From Leucoraja erinacea (Eukaryota): DNA of 63,737 nt. Of this stretch, positions 13,530 to 25,724 are shown piece after piece. The notes under the pieces were generated by a model. That model saw nothing but the letters and a program-made list of their open reading frames with translations. It searched no databases and was not told where the DNA came from. The position numbers and the translations under genes were made by a program. The stretch is taken from the NCBI RefSeq assembly GCF_028641065.1, contig NC_073390.1, forward strand, positions 27,900,264 through 27,964,000. The letters run 5' to 3'. Position 1 is the stretch's first letter. The number at the start of each line of letters is the position of its first letter.

Positions 13530-13910
13530 TATAGAAACGTACAAAAGTCTTAAGGGGTTGGACAGGCTAGATGCAGGAAGATTGTTCCCGATGTTGGGGA
13601 AGTCCAGAACAAGAGGTCACAGTTTAAGGATAAGAGGGAAATCTTATAGGACCGAGATGAGAAAAACATTTTTCACACAGAGAGTGGTGAATCTCTGGAA
13701 TTCTCTGCCACAGAAGGTAGTTGAGGCCAGTTCATTGGCTGTATTTAAGAGGGAGTTAGATGTGGCCCTTGCGACTAAAGGTATCAGGGGGTATGGAGGG
13801 AAGGCAGGTACAGGATATTGAGTTGGATGATCAGCCATGATCATATTGAATGGCGGTGCAGGCTCGAAGGGCCGAATGGCCTACTCTTGCACCTATTTTC
13901 TATGTTTCTA
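13530..13910 (+). mobile_element. Young CR1 LINE 3' end
   Basis: ORF ...[40 protein letters not shown] is the CR1 ORF2 C-terminus. Tail gggccgaatggcct...tctatgtttcta. Near-identical to 59345-59690. Confidence 0.85.
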
Positions 13911-14332
13911 AAACAAAAACATTAAGAGTCAAGGGTCAAGAGAGTTTTATTGTCATATGTCCCAGATAGAATAACAAAATTCTTACTTGCTGCAGCACAA
14001 CAGAACACTTAGTACACTTTAAATAGTACTTAAATAATATGATAAACGAGAGAGAAAAAAATTCAGTGTGTATATATACTCATATTCACATATGTTTTTA
14101 TATAACATACATATATATATATACACATATACTCAAAAAAACAACAATAACAGTGCAATACTAAAAATAATAATAATAATAATAATAATAGTCTATTGGA
14201 GTTCAGAGCTTATGAGGTTGTTTAAGTGAAGTCAATGAAACTGTAGATGCTGGAAATCTAAAACAAAAACAGAAAATGCTGGAAATACTCAGCAGGTCAG
14301 GCCACATCTGTGGGAAGAGGACCAGTATCAAT

Positions 14333-14362
14333 CAAGGATCATACTTTGCTCTATGATCTTTG
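14333..14362. mobile_element. 30-bp micro-insertion with CAAGGATCATA/TATGATCTTTG termini and 8-bp TSD
   Basis: Flanked by the direct repeat GTATCAAT (14325-14332, 14363-14370). Confidence 0.7.
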
Positions 14363-15830
14363 GTATCAATGTTTCAAGTAGGACATTCGGACAAAGGATC
14401 TTTCATCTGAAATGTTGTCTATTTCTCTTCCCACAAATGCAACCTAACCCGAGTATTTCCAGCATTTCCCGTTTAATATTAGTTAGGAAACATAGCCCCC
14501 GCCGATACAATGTTCAGACAATTTCATTCTTACAGGATTTATCTAACCAGATCACCAACATATATAACCAATTATCAATGGTTAATACACAGGAATAATA
14601 ATTAAAATTAATTATTCCAGAATGTAACTCCATTCATAAGATCATGTGATAGGATAGGAGCAGAATTAGTCCATTCGGCCCATCAAGTCTACTCCACCAT
14701 TCAATCATGGCTGATCTATCTCTCCCTCCTTACCCCATTCTACTGCCTTCTTCCCAAAACCTGACACCCTCCTCATTGTCTAGTATGTAAACTACTTATA
14801 AGATCTCTCTCTGCCTGTAACCTGCTCACAGATATCAAATATTCTACATATAAATCCCATGAGCACTCACAACTGTAATTCACTCCCTAGTATGTGATAC
14901 TCTGTATGAACCTTGCTTCAATTCCTCAGTTAGATCGCTGCTCACAAATCAAACTGAAAACAGTGAATCGTCAATGACCACTGGGGCCATTGTGCATTCA
15001 CATTTCATTGTGGAAGTCTAGGTACTGCTGTCACCCATTCCTGCTCACTTTGCTCATTTGTGACTTTTCCCGGTGTAAACCTAAGGAATGATTGAAGACT
15101 TCAGCTATTTATGAAATATTCATGGCAAAAAATATACTGAAAATATGCTTTGTTGCACCGTGTAAATTAACTTTTAATGGTAACCGGCACATATTAAACA
15201 TCTGATGTTTATATACTCATACTCAAACTGGATCAACTAATCCAGTTTCATTAATGGATTATCAAATTCTTCAATTATTCCAAAATTATGAGCTATTGTT
15301 CATAACAGTTCAGCAACACCCTTAATTTAAAGTGTAGCTTTCTTAAACTTTAAAATGTTTACAAAGCAAATGAAAAATGGTACCTTTTATTTTCTGGTTT
15401 GCTGCCTGTGATCGGTCATTAATGGAGCTTACTGTTAGCCACTTGATATCATTATCACTGATATTGGAGATCTACTTGAGTTGAAATTGCATGCCAGGAG
15501 AAAAACAGACCCGGAGTTTCAATGTGCTTGCTGTTTTCCTATTCCTTTTTTTGTTTCAAGCCTTTATTATTCTTTCTGCACAGCTTTCTTCACAATGCAT
15601 GAGAACAGCTCAAGGCAAGTCTTCCTCTTTTATTAGAGAATTCCTAATCTTCATGACCTATCCATGCCCTCAAATTTAAATATAGGACAAATTAAAAGAT
15701 TTAAAATAAAAATAACAAAGGTCTTCAACCTGAAAAGTTAGCTTTAATTGGTGGGTATTGCCAACATTTTCTATTTTAAATTAACTTAAATGATTATCCC
15801 ATTTAAACCTTGCAGTAAATGCAATCCCAC

Positions 15831-16206
15831 CTCGTAACGTCCGCATCCAGTCTACGTTGCTGGCTTCCAACACATCAGGATCGGTTACCACACGGCCTGG
15901 CAGCAGATGTTCAAAGAACTTCAAGTCTTCTTTCGTGATAGATGCAAAGGCTAAACGCTGGACAGCGTACTGCATACTTGTGAACTCCACCTCACGGTTT
16001 CTGCAAGTGGCAGCCACGTGAAATGGCCTCCTCCATACTTGCAGCTGGTGATAGTAGCACTTGTAGGGTACGGGTGGCAAAGAGTGATAGGTTTGCACGT
16101 ACGGTTGTAATTGTCTGTACATAGATGAGCAGCGGGGCAACCCTCGTTCGAAAAGAGCTCTGTGGCAATGCATTGTACAGTGCAGCAGGACTTCTGAGCA
16201 GCCCAT
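15831..16206 (-). CDS. D2HGDH: D2HGDH first coding exon (exon 2, acceptor at 16212): presequence and start of the FAD domain
   Basis: ccttag|GTTCAC ATG...CGA G|gtggg. 376 nt, phase 1 as in human. Ends YAVQRLAFASITKEDLKFFEHLLPGRVVTDPDVLEASNVDWMRTLRG. The exact start Met is uncertain. Confidence 0.88.
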
Positions 16207-16329
16207 GTGAACCTAAGGCCAAAATAGAATAACACAATTCAGAACTTAATGGCCAAATATTAATAATCAACAACATACTACCTATCGGATGGTGAGTTAG
16301 CCACAGGGATGTAAGGATAATGATGGCAT

Positions 16330-16770
16330 CCTGTTGAGGTGGGGTGCAGGGGCAGAGGGAAATCCATCCAACCCAGAGATGGAGTGGGTGGACATATCAA
16401 ACCCAGGGACGGGGCAGGGGTCGTAGAGGGGTGGGAGAACCCTGAAACCAGGGACGGGGGGGGAGAGCCATGGATCCCAGAGACAGTGTGGAGGGGGGTC
16501 CATCAAACCCAGGGTGTGGGGAGAGATGCATCAAACCAAGGGACAGGAGGGAAGGAGGGCTATGGATCCTGGAGCAAGATGGAAGGACGACAGGGGGACA
16601 GAGAGGGAGAGCCATGGGTCCCAGGGACAGGGTGGAGGAAGAGCATGGGTCCCAGGGACAGTGTGGAGGGGGGTCCATCAAACCCAAGGACAAGTGGGAG
16701 GAAACGCCATGGACCCTGGAGCCAGATGGGGGGGGGGGCGACATCCATCAAACCCAGGGACAGGGTGAGG
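16330..16770. repeat. G-rich degenerate tandem repeat (ccatcaaacccagggac units) in D2HGDH intron 1
   Basis: Repeated motifs ccatcaaacccagg and gccatgggtcccagggacag, with internal duplication. Confidence 0.6.
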
Positions 16771-16899
16771 GTCAGACTTTGAGATCGCAATGACGGGTCG
16801 GATGGAGCCTCAGCCGGGAGCACTGCGAGGGTTTAAGCCGCGAACATCCGGATGGCGAAGATAGACACAAAAAGCTGGAGTCAGGCAGCGTCTCTGGAG

Positions 16900-17300
16900 A
16901 GAATGAATGGGTGACGTTTCGTGTCGAGACCCTGGGCGGGGACATGGCCTGGGACCTTGGGCGGGGGAGGACCAGCCCCGGGGCCGGGCAGGGGAGCGGC
17001 CCAGGTGGGTGTCCGCTGACCGGACCCACACACGGATCAGGGCCTCCCCCTGTTGCATGGAGCGGGACCCAGAGATCGGATCGGGCCGGGACAGTTCCCC
17101 CGACTGCAGCCCGGACCTGGGCCGAGACCGCGGCAGCACCTGTGAGCAGCTGGCGGGCGGACTCCCCCAGTCGGTGGCGCTGCCGCGGTCTCAACTCCGC
17201 GGCCTGGGCCCGAGTGAGAGGGAGGGACTGTAGGAGAGAGGACGGAGAGGAAGGGAATGTCGTTGCAATTTAACATCTAGGCAAATGGGGCGGGAAGTCT
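16900..17300 (-). promoter_or_regulatory. D2HGDH: CpG-rich D2HGDH promoter and putative non-coding exon 1
   Basis: Local CpG island upstream of the exon 2 acceptor. GC-box/ETS motif GGGGCGGGAAGT at 17287-17298. Possible donor cacag|gtgctg at 17140. Confidence 0.55.
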
Positions 17301-17483
17301 ATCTAACTTGACAGAGTTTATCGATACAGTAATGACATATAGTAATAAAGGGTCAAAATGAGGGCTATTTGGTATGTGTGGACATCCAGAAGGCACTTGC
17401 CATCAAGACTGACGGGCATGGGTAAAGGGGCAATGGCAGAATGAGGAGATATTCGGCAAAGTACAGGATACAGAGATTAGAAG

Positions 17484-17505
17484 CAAAGATCCTATAGGAT
17501 CTTTG
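17484..17505. mobile_element. 22-bp perfect palindromic micro-insertion CAAAGATCCTATAGGATCTTTG with 8-bp TSD
   Basis: Flanked by ATTAGAAG at 17476-17483 and 17506-17513. Confidence 0.75.
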
Positions 17506-17724
17506 ATTAGAAGTGTGTAAGGTTACGTTGCTAACTGAAAAAAAGTAGACAACAATGCAGCTCTCGAGGAATCAACAATCACAGAGAGAACTAATCACAG
17601 TGTCTCATTGATTTGGACCTCCAGTAGTTTCATACTTATGATTATTTTGGATTCATAAACTTAATGAGTTTGCAATTGGTGGCAAACTAGTACTTTAGAA
17701 TTCTAAAAAGCAATTCAGAATTTA

Positions 17725-18070
17725 TTGGGACAGAGGTGGCGTTGCTGCCTTCCAGTGCCACACCTGTGTCCAATCCTGACAACAGGTGCTGTCTGTACGG
17801 AGTATATACCAAAGATTATACGTTCTCTCTGTGACCGCGTGGGTTTTCTCTGGGAGCTCCGGTTTTCTCTGGGAGCTCCGGTTTTCTCTGGGAGCTCCGG
17901 TTTCCTCCCACACTCCTGTACAAGAGGTTTGTAGGTTAATTGGCTTTGGTAAAATTCTAATTTGTCCCTAGTGTGCAGGATAGTGCTAGTGCTAGTGCAC
18001 AGGGTGGTCGCTGGTTGGCAGGGACTCAGTGGAACGATGGGCCTGTTTCCATGCTGTATCTCGAAAGTCT
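17725..18070 (+). mobile_element. V-SINE (HER1-like) with an internal 19-bp tandem triplication
   Basis: SINE core plus ggttttctctgggagctcc x3 at about 17842-17900. 3' tail gggcctgtttccatgctgtatctc. Confidence 0.7.
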
Positions 18071-19811
18071 AAAGGGAGTTGGGAGATGGAATTAGGCGCA
18101 GACAAGTGAAACCCACATAGGGAAATAACAATTGAATGGTCTTGGAACCATTTAGGACAAAATTAAAGACCTGTTATTTCGTCAGTTTAAATGAGTGCGG
18201 AAATCAGGATAAAACTCCATTGGCCATTGGTCACATTCCACCTTGCTCAGTAAAATATAAATGAAACTTGATTAAGTAGATAGACACAAAGTGCTGGAGT
18301 AACTCACCGGGTCAGACAGCATCGCTGGAGAAAAGGAATTAGGTGATGTTTCAAGACAAGACCTTTCGTCAGATTGAGAGTCAGGGGAAATTAGAGATAT
18401 GAAAAGGTTTGGAACAAATCAGTCGGCACTGATGAGCAAGTAAAGGTGGAGCCCATGATGGTCCTTTGTTGGCTGTAGAAAGTGTGATAACGAAGGGATA
18501 TATGAATGCGAACAGTGGAATTAGAAGGACAACTAGGGTTGGGGAGGAGAGAGAGGGATTACTTGAAATTAGAGAAATCAATTTTCATACCACTGGGTTG
18601 TAAGCTGCCCAAGCGAAATATGAAGTGCCTCGCCTACAATATGCATGTAGCCTCACTCTGACAGGGAGAATCCCAGGACAGAAATTGGACCACAGGCTGC
18701 CCCGCCAACAGTCTGTCTGTTTTTTCGTCTTTATTTTATTTTTAGTGCGTTTTAAAAGTCTGTGTAAATGTTCTCTGGTTTGTTTTATGTGGAGGGGAGG
18801 GGGTCGGGGGAAACTTTTTTTCAGTTTCTTACCTTGCCGGAGACTCGATTGTTTTCCGGGTTGCATCTCCGGTCGCTCTGTGGCCTATCATCGATGGAGC
18901 TGGAGGCCTCCTCGGACTGACTTTGAGCAGGGCGTGGAATTAACATCACAGTCGATCCCTTGCCTGGGATCGCTCCAACCGCGGCCTGCGGATTTTACAT
19001 CGAGAGCTCGCAGTCTCAGGTGAGGCCGAGTCGGGAGCTCCGAATTGGACGCAGAGGCTCGACCAGCCCCGACGTGGGTTTTGATCGCCCTGCGTGGGGG
19101 AGCTGACATTCTCCCGATGCAGGAGCTGATCACCCCTATGCGGAGGGCCAAAACTTTGCCGGCTATGGGAGTCAAGATCGTCCTGTCAACGGAGGGCTCG
19201 AGGCCCCCGACCACAGGAGAGCAAAGAGAAGAGATTTGAACTTTTTTTCTCGCCTTCCATCACAGTGAGGAATGTGGAGGAGTTACTGTGGTGGATTGTT
19301 TATGTTGAAATGTATTTTGTGTGTTCCATTGCTTTTTATTCGTATGACTGACTTGGCAAATGAAATTCCTCGTATGTTGCAAAACATACTTGGCTAATAA
19401 AGTATTATTGCGATTTTGATTGTGAAAGGCAGTTTGGGAGATCACGTAGGCCATGGCGGACTGAGCGTAGATGTTCAGCGAAATGATCGCCCAGTCTGTG
19501 CTTGGTCTCGCCGATATATAAGATTCCACACTGTGAACAGATACAGTAGATGAAATTGGGGGAGGTACACACAAAATGCTGCAGTAACTCAGCGGGATAG
19601 GCAGTATCTTTGGAGAGAAGGAATGAGTGATGTTTCGGGTCGAGACTTTTCTTCAGACCGAAGACCGTCACAACAGGTCAACGGAGGATGCAATCTCATT
19701 GGCTCTCCACTCCGCACTGGACCACTTGGACAATAAAAACTTATGTCAGGCTGTTGTTTATAGACTACAGCTCGGCGTTCAATACCATCATCCCCTCCAA
19801 ACTGGTTACCA

Positions 19812-20347
19812 TACCCGAGCCGGCTGTCTGCCCCTTTTCCGGGGTTACGCCCGTGGGCCCAGGTGGGGTTAGGAAGGGTATACGCCCTGTCCACGGGCAC
19901 CCTGGGGGAGTTCCGGGACCGCTGGACTCTGCAAGGAGTGTAAGATAGCTGTATAGTAGTTTATTAAGGATATTTGTTTGTATTGTATTATGGTGGTGGG
20001 TTCTGGTTTGTTTTATTGTCGTGTAAAATTATTTAAAAAAAAAATTAAAAACTGGTTACCAAGCCAAAGATGTCCTGGTTGGGTTGCTCCTCAAGTTGGC
20101 TATCCACGAGTCACGGCGCCAGGCAGAAGAGTCCTTTGCCCGAGCCAGATGCTTGCCCCTTTTCTGGGGTGGTGTTAGAGAGACATAGTTGTATAGTAGT
20201 TATTTAGTATATTTGTAAGGATTTTAACATAGTTGTTTGAAAATTTAGTGTCCAGATAATTTGGTACTATGGTGGTGGGTGTTACCACGGTTTGGTTTTG
20301 TATCGTGATCGTAATTAAATAAATAATTTTTGGTACAAAAAAAACAA
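19812..20347 (+). mobile_element. Two tandem 5'-truncated Tx1/L1-like LINE 3' ends
   Basis: Both carry remnants of CLPLFRG.., a shared 3' UTR (tatggtggtgggt) and A-rich tails. Target AAACTG(G/A)TTACCA occurs three times (19799, 20049, 20348). Confidence 0.65.
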
Positions 20348-20560
20348 AAACTGATTACCAAGCTCATGGAACTGGGTCTCTGCACATCCCTCTGAAATTG
20401 GATCCTCGACTTCCTCATCCACAGACCACTGTCTGTTCGAATTGGCAGAAATACTTCTTCTCCATTAACAATCAGTACAGGAGCACCACAAGGCTGCATG
20501 CTCAGCCCTCTGCTCTACTCACTCTATACTCATGACTGTGTAGCCGGACATAGTGCGAAC

Positions 20561-21455
20561 CATGGGCGGAAATCTGGGGGGGGGGGGGGGTCACGTCCCT
20601 CCCATGTGTTGAGAGGTGGGGGACAATCCCCACCCCCCACGTGTTGAAATCTGGATTTTGAAATTTGGTGAAAAAAAAATTATTAAAATCTCGCGAGACA
20701 GTAGGGGGCGTTACTGTTAAGCGTTTGTTAAATGTCTCTATTAACATCGTATTAACACGATGTGCCACCAATTGTGTTTTGACCTTCAAGTATTACTGAA
20801 GGTATTCACGGAGAATTTCTTAAAAGCCGTCTGATGCAGGTACAATTACCATTTGAACTAATTGGATGTATTGGTGGATGGGAAGGATTTAAACGGGTAT
20901 CAGATTTAAATGGGTCAGGTCATTAAGGGCTCCGGTCAAATAGGTTTCCTGTCTGTCTTGCAGGTAAGTCACTCATTCACGGTCACTCACATTATTTAGT
21001 ATTTTTTCCCATCTCCCCCTCTCTCTCTCTCTCCCCCCTCCAAGGTTGGTACTTCTGTTTGCCTAAATTTGCTTCAGTTTAATTTGTTTAAGTGTTATTT
21101 ATCACATCGTAGCTTTTGAAAGATTCAAGCGGGTATCAGACGCTTTCTCAGGGCCGAATCGGCCCGTTCGCAGGCCTTTCATCGGCAGGCGCAGCTTAAA
21201 ATCAAACTGCTGCATCGAGGCGATTGAGGCTCCCGCTGTTGAAGCCCCCGCCGGCCAATTTTAAGCCACGCCGGGCGATGAAAGGTGCCGCTAACGGGCC
21301 GATTCAAGCCCTACTATTCGGGGTGGACGAAGCTGCTGTTGCTGGAGTTTGGATCGGTCACCGACCAGGTCAGCTCCCGATGTTACCGTCCACAGGACCC
21401 ACAGTCGAAGCCTTGTGTGTGTCCCTCCATGTTTTTATAGCGATTTCCGCCCCCG
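20561..21455. mobile_element. Non-autonomous hAT-like DNA transposon nested in Rex1
   Basis: TIRs CATGGGCGGAAATC / GATTTCCGCCCCCG. Degenerate 8-bp TSD gtgcgaac/atgcgaat. Confidence 0.65.
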
Positions 21456-22537
21456 ATGCGAATTCTACCTTCAGGTTCGCTGACACCACCGTTGTTGGAC
21501 GAATTACAGATGGTGATGAGTCAGAGCACAGAAGTGAGATCGACCGATTGACCAAACGGTGCCACCACAACAACCTTGCTCTCAATGTCAGTAAAACCAA
21601 TTAACTGATTGTGGACTTTGGAAGAGGAAGGATGAGGACCCATAATCCTGTGTATATCAATGTGTATATCTATGGTAGAGAGAATCAAAAACCTTAAATT
21701 CCTGGGCGTGCATATTTCTGAAGATCTTTCCCGGACCCAGCACACTGATGCAATTATAAATAAAGCACATGTGTATATCAATGTGTATATCTATGGTAGA
21801 GAGAATCAAAAACCTTAAATTCCTGGGGTAAAATAATAAAGTGCATATAAATTATCTGACAAAGATCTTTCCCGGACCCAGCACACTGATGCACATTATA
21901 AATAAAGCACATCTGCCTGAAACTTCCTGGGTGGGAGAGACGATTATATTCTGAGAACTGTGTAGGTCCTCCAAGGTATGACTGAGAGGATTATGGAGCG
22001 CTTTCTGAACTGCTACAGGTATGTACAGTAAAAGAGCAGCATCTGAGTGATTTGACTTCCTGGTTGCAGTCTCTGCTGGACCTGGTTCAGGCAACTTCAG
22101 AATGTCCCAGGAGCAGAAAAGACTGCACAAAAGTTGTGATCACCGTGCCTCACTTCCTTTGTCTGACCTCCACACCATCAGAGGGGTATTTCCCCCCCGG
22201 AGATCGGTAGTCACTTTGCCTCAGTCAAGAGGCAGCCGCAGCATTAGGCTCAGTGTGACACCCACTCTCTGGCTTCGACCCGACAGGAAGCTCCACGGGT
22301 GGAGTGTGGAAGTCCCACACACCAGTCATTTCACCCACAACCATCGCTGCTCCAGAGACAGAGCAAGAGCTACAGGAGCTTGAAAACTGTAAAGCTCCAG
22401 AAGTGATGTGATATGACCCCGTTCAAAAAGGCAGCCAGCATTATCAGACACCCACACCATCCGGGCCACACACTTTCACCACAACCATCGGGAAGAAAGT
22501 ACAGCTTCTTCCCTACAGCCATTAGGCTATTAAACAC

Positions 22538-22900
22538 TGGAGAAGCTTGTGTGGACCTGAGAGCGATGCCGTCTGGAGCTATGCTCCTGGTAGGGCCACC
22601 CATGGCGCTAAGGTCGAGGGGAAGGTCTCTGACAAAGAACAATCTAACCAAGACCTCAACAGTGGAACAGGTGGAGGACGATGGCTGACCTAAGTGGAGC
22701 TCCACAACGGCTGGGAAGGCAGGTGAAGTCTTGGACTCCATGCCACTGGATCCTGACCCAGATCTGTTAAGGACCGTGGAGTGGCTGTCTGTGCATCAGT
22801 CTCCCCACGTTAAACAAAGTCACGCATAGGCGTCATCCATATAGGGAATAGCACCCTGGAGACACCCATGGTCAGACATGACTGAAGGAGGCCTAAGAAG
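22538..22900 (+). mobile_element. RTE-derived non-autonomous element (BovB/Expander-like head)
   Basis: gcgatgccgt...agggccacccatgg...ggtc...tctgacaaa resembles the RTE 5' UTR. Ends in a gcctaagaag tail. Confidence 0.5.
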
Positions 22901-25037
22901 ACTTGTATGTGTATATATACACACTGAACTTTTTTTTCCTCTCGTTTATCAAATTGTTTACAATGTACTATGTTTACATATTTTGTTGTACTGCAGCAAG
23001 TGAAAATTTCATTGTTCTATCTGGGACAAATGACAATAAAACTATCTTTACTCTTGATTCCATTCGCCGCACAGATTCTGCCAGACTCATTGAGTTCCTC
23101 TGGTACTTCGTATTTTGTCATATGGAAGTTGTGGTACCGATCCCACAATGTGTGACTGAATTGGAGATCAAACTTGATACACAAAATGACCTATTCCTGT
23201 CCTTTTGTAAATGTGCACTGTATGACCTAATGACCTATCAGGGAAATGATTTGAAATATGCCCAGTAAACAAATTTATCCTGAAAGAGTATTAGCAATCT
23301 TATAATAGTTTCCTGTTATATCCTCTCATCTACATTTTGGAATATTTGGAAACAAGGGAGACACAGTGGCACACGTAATAAGCACCTGTCTCAATAGTCC
23401 TAGTGACCAGGGTTCAATCCTGACCTCTGGTAGTGCCTTTCTGGAGTTTGTACATTCACACTGTGACTGCAGTTTTCCCGCTCCATCCCAAGGACATGCA
23501 GATAGATGTTAGATTTGTTGGTAACTGTAAATCGCCCCTCTTATGTAGGTCAGTGGTGGAATCTAGGAACATTAATGAGAATGAGGACAGAAATAATCAG
23601 AGCCATTGTTCTCTTAACCTTACCTGTTAATTTCTAAAATGTTTTATGGATCTCCTATCTGGAAGAATTTTAATGGGCATCTCTGTGCTACTTACTATCC
23701 GGAGTCCAAAACGGAGCAGAATGATTCGATTGCAAAACCTTCACAGCACCATTGCAACATATGTTGGTACAAGAACTCGAATAAAGTATCCAGCCCCATG
23801 CAAATTGAATATCTAACACTGACCAAATCTCCTCAAGAAGCTGTATGGTCATACGTTACTGCAATTATATTTAAAAGACAATGCATTTTCCAAAAATACT
23901 TTATTTTGATACCATTACATCTAAAAATACAAATATACATAACTTTTCTTTAATGGTTCACATTCATTTTTCTTATCTATAATCTACATAGGACAAGATA
24001 AAGGCATTTTGAGCAACTGTGCAGTAGATTGCAGACCAGTGTTAGGTATTAAATTAGCCGAGGTGTCTTATAAACTGATAACTTAGCTCAGTCATATTTT
24101 TTCAAAGTACAGTCCAGACCCAAAGTATCCAGGTACCTCTTCATTACTGTATATGTATCCCTCTCAAATTGAACTGTACAGAAAAAAGACCACCAACATA
24201 GCCCATAGGACATGGACCATTCACTGCATTGCTGACTACAGTCTTACAATGCAATCTTCATAGCAAAGCATTTTCATCAAAAGTATGTACTCTTAATGAT
24301 TAACTAAAAAAACCTTGCAGTTATTTCAGCAAATTTGTTTTGTTAGCAAATAGTCTTTTGCTACAAATCAGATAGATTATAAAAGTTTGTGAATAATTAT
24401 TTTTACTAATTAAAGTGCTTGTAGACTTATCTGTAAAACAAAGTTCCAATCAAGAGAATTTTCTATAAAAAAGGTCTTCTCTCTCTTTAGAATATTGAGG
24501 TCTACATGAAAAACCTATTACAGGGTGAGAAATATATATATTATTTTTGCTGCATTGTTTTTATTTTATGTGAACATGCAGTTCAAACTACAGCAGTGGA
24601 TTTATATAACGGTCAGTTTCGTGAATGGTTGGCTGATTACACTATTGAATGCTTTCTGAAAAGGAAAGGTTGAAGGGTCGATCATTAAAGCATTACACAT
24701 TTTTTGGATGGGACATTGAGTTTTCACTGGTATTAGAAGATTAAAAGCTATAGATATAAAGTAAGTACCAACAATCGAATAGGGAATTCAGTAAAATAAA
24801 AAATTCCCCTGAAAAATGTGAGAATGTGGAACCACCATCACAGGGTGTGGAGGTGCTAAATGCATTAAAAGGGAGGTTTCAGAAGATGAGGAAAGATGGG
24901 AAGTGGCTTGAGAACAGCATGGACTGGTTGTGTTGTATATTGTAAGTAATTCTATAACTCTACGGGGTGGCAGTAGAGAAAGTAAGAACCAGAAAGTAAG
25001 AACAATAGTGTTCAATTATACACCACCAGTATGGTTA

Positions 25038-25724
25038 AGGGCCTGTCCCACTTAGGAGACCTCCACAGCAACCTCGGGTGACCTTGCCCGCCACCCATAG
25101 TTGCTGCAAGGTCGCCACGAGGTCACAGGAGGTTTTGGTCACTCAAGGGCACTCGTCTGGAAAGCCTCGAGCTGGATCGACCGGCCGCGTTGAAACCGCC
25201 TGCTGGATCGACCGAAGCGCGAGCTGCATCTACATACCGCACACACAAACACATCACAAAGGTGGGGGCCATGGAGTGCGGAGGAACGCTGTCTGCGCGA
25301 TGAAGATGAAGGTAAACGGCTGCCACAGAGAGAAGGGGGGGAGAAGGAGTGGAGACAGTTTTAAGGACTATAATAAAGTTTAGCTGGCATTTTACCTAGG
25401 TCTTCCAAGTCGTGAAACTCCAATGAGCCAATCAAAATCAGCCAATCAGCGAAGGAGATTGCCTACGGCTGTCTATAAGTAAATAGCTACGCTACTCCAC
25501 TGGCTTCGACCAAACGGCGACCTATTTTTAGTTGAGGCCGGTTTTCATCATGATGAAAAAAAGCAGCAACCTCAATGAAGCCTCGACCACTCGGAAACCA
25601 TTTTCGACCATTAGGGAGAGTGACCAGAACCTCCTGTGACCTTGTGGCGATCTTGCAGCGACCATGGGTGGCGGGCATGGTCTCCAGAGGTTGCTGTGGA
25701 GGTCTCCTAAGTGGGACAGGCCCT
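25038..25724. mobile_element. PIF/Harbinger-type MITE
   Basis: About 100-bp TIRs starting AGGGCCTGTCCCACTTAGGAGACCTCCACAGCAACCTC. TTA target duplication at 25035-25037 and 25725-25727. Confidence 0.8.

Larger units (their letters stand above)
19665..22540 (+). mobile_element. Rex1/Babar non-LTR retrotransposon RT fragment with nested insertions
   Basis: Degenerate RT motifs [68 protein letters not shown]...LALNVSKT, HPHHPGH, SFFPTAIRLLN. Confidence 0.85.

Noticed and set aside
16297-17276. Many overlapping ORFs on both strands
   Set aside because: A GC-rich tandem repeat and CpG island lack stops by composition. No recognisable protein motif.
22538-22640. HDV-like ribozyme at the RTE 5' end
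   Set aside because: RTE elements can carry one, but I could not assign the nested P1-P4 pairings by eye, and the copy looks 5'-truncated.
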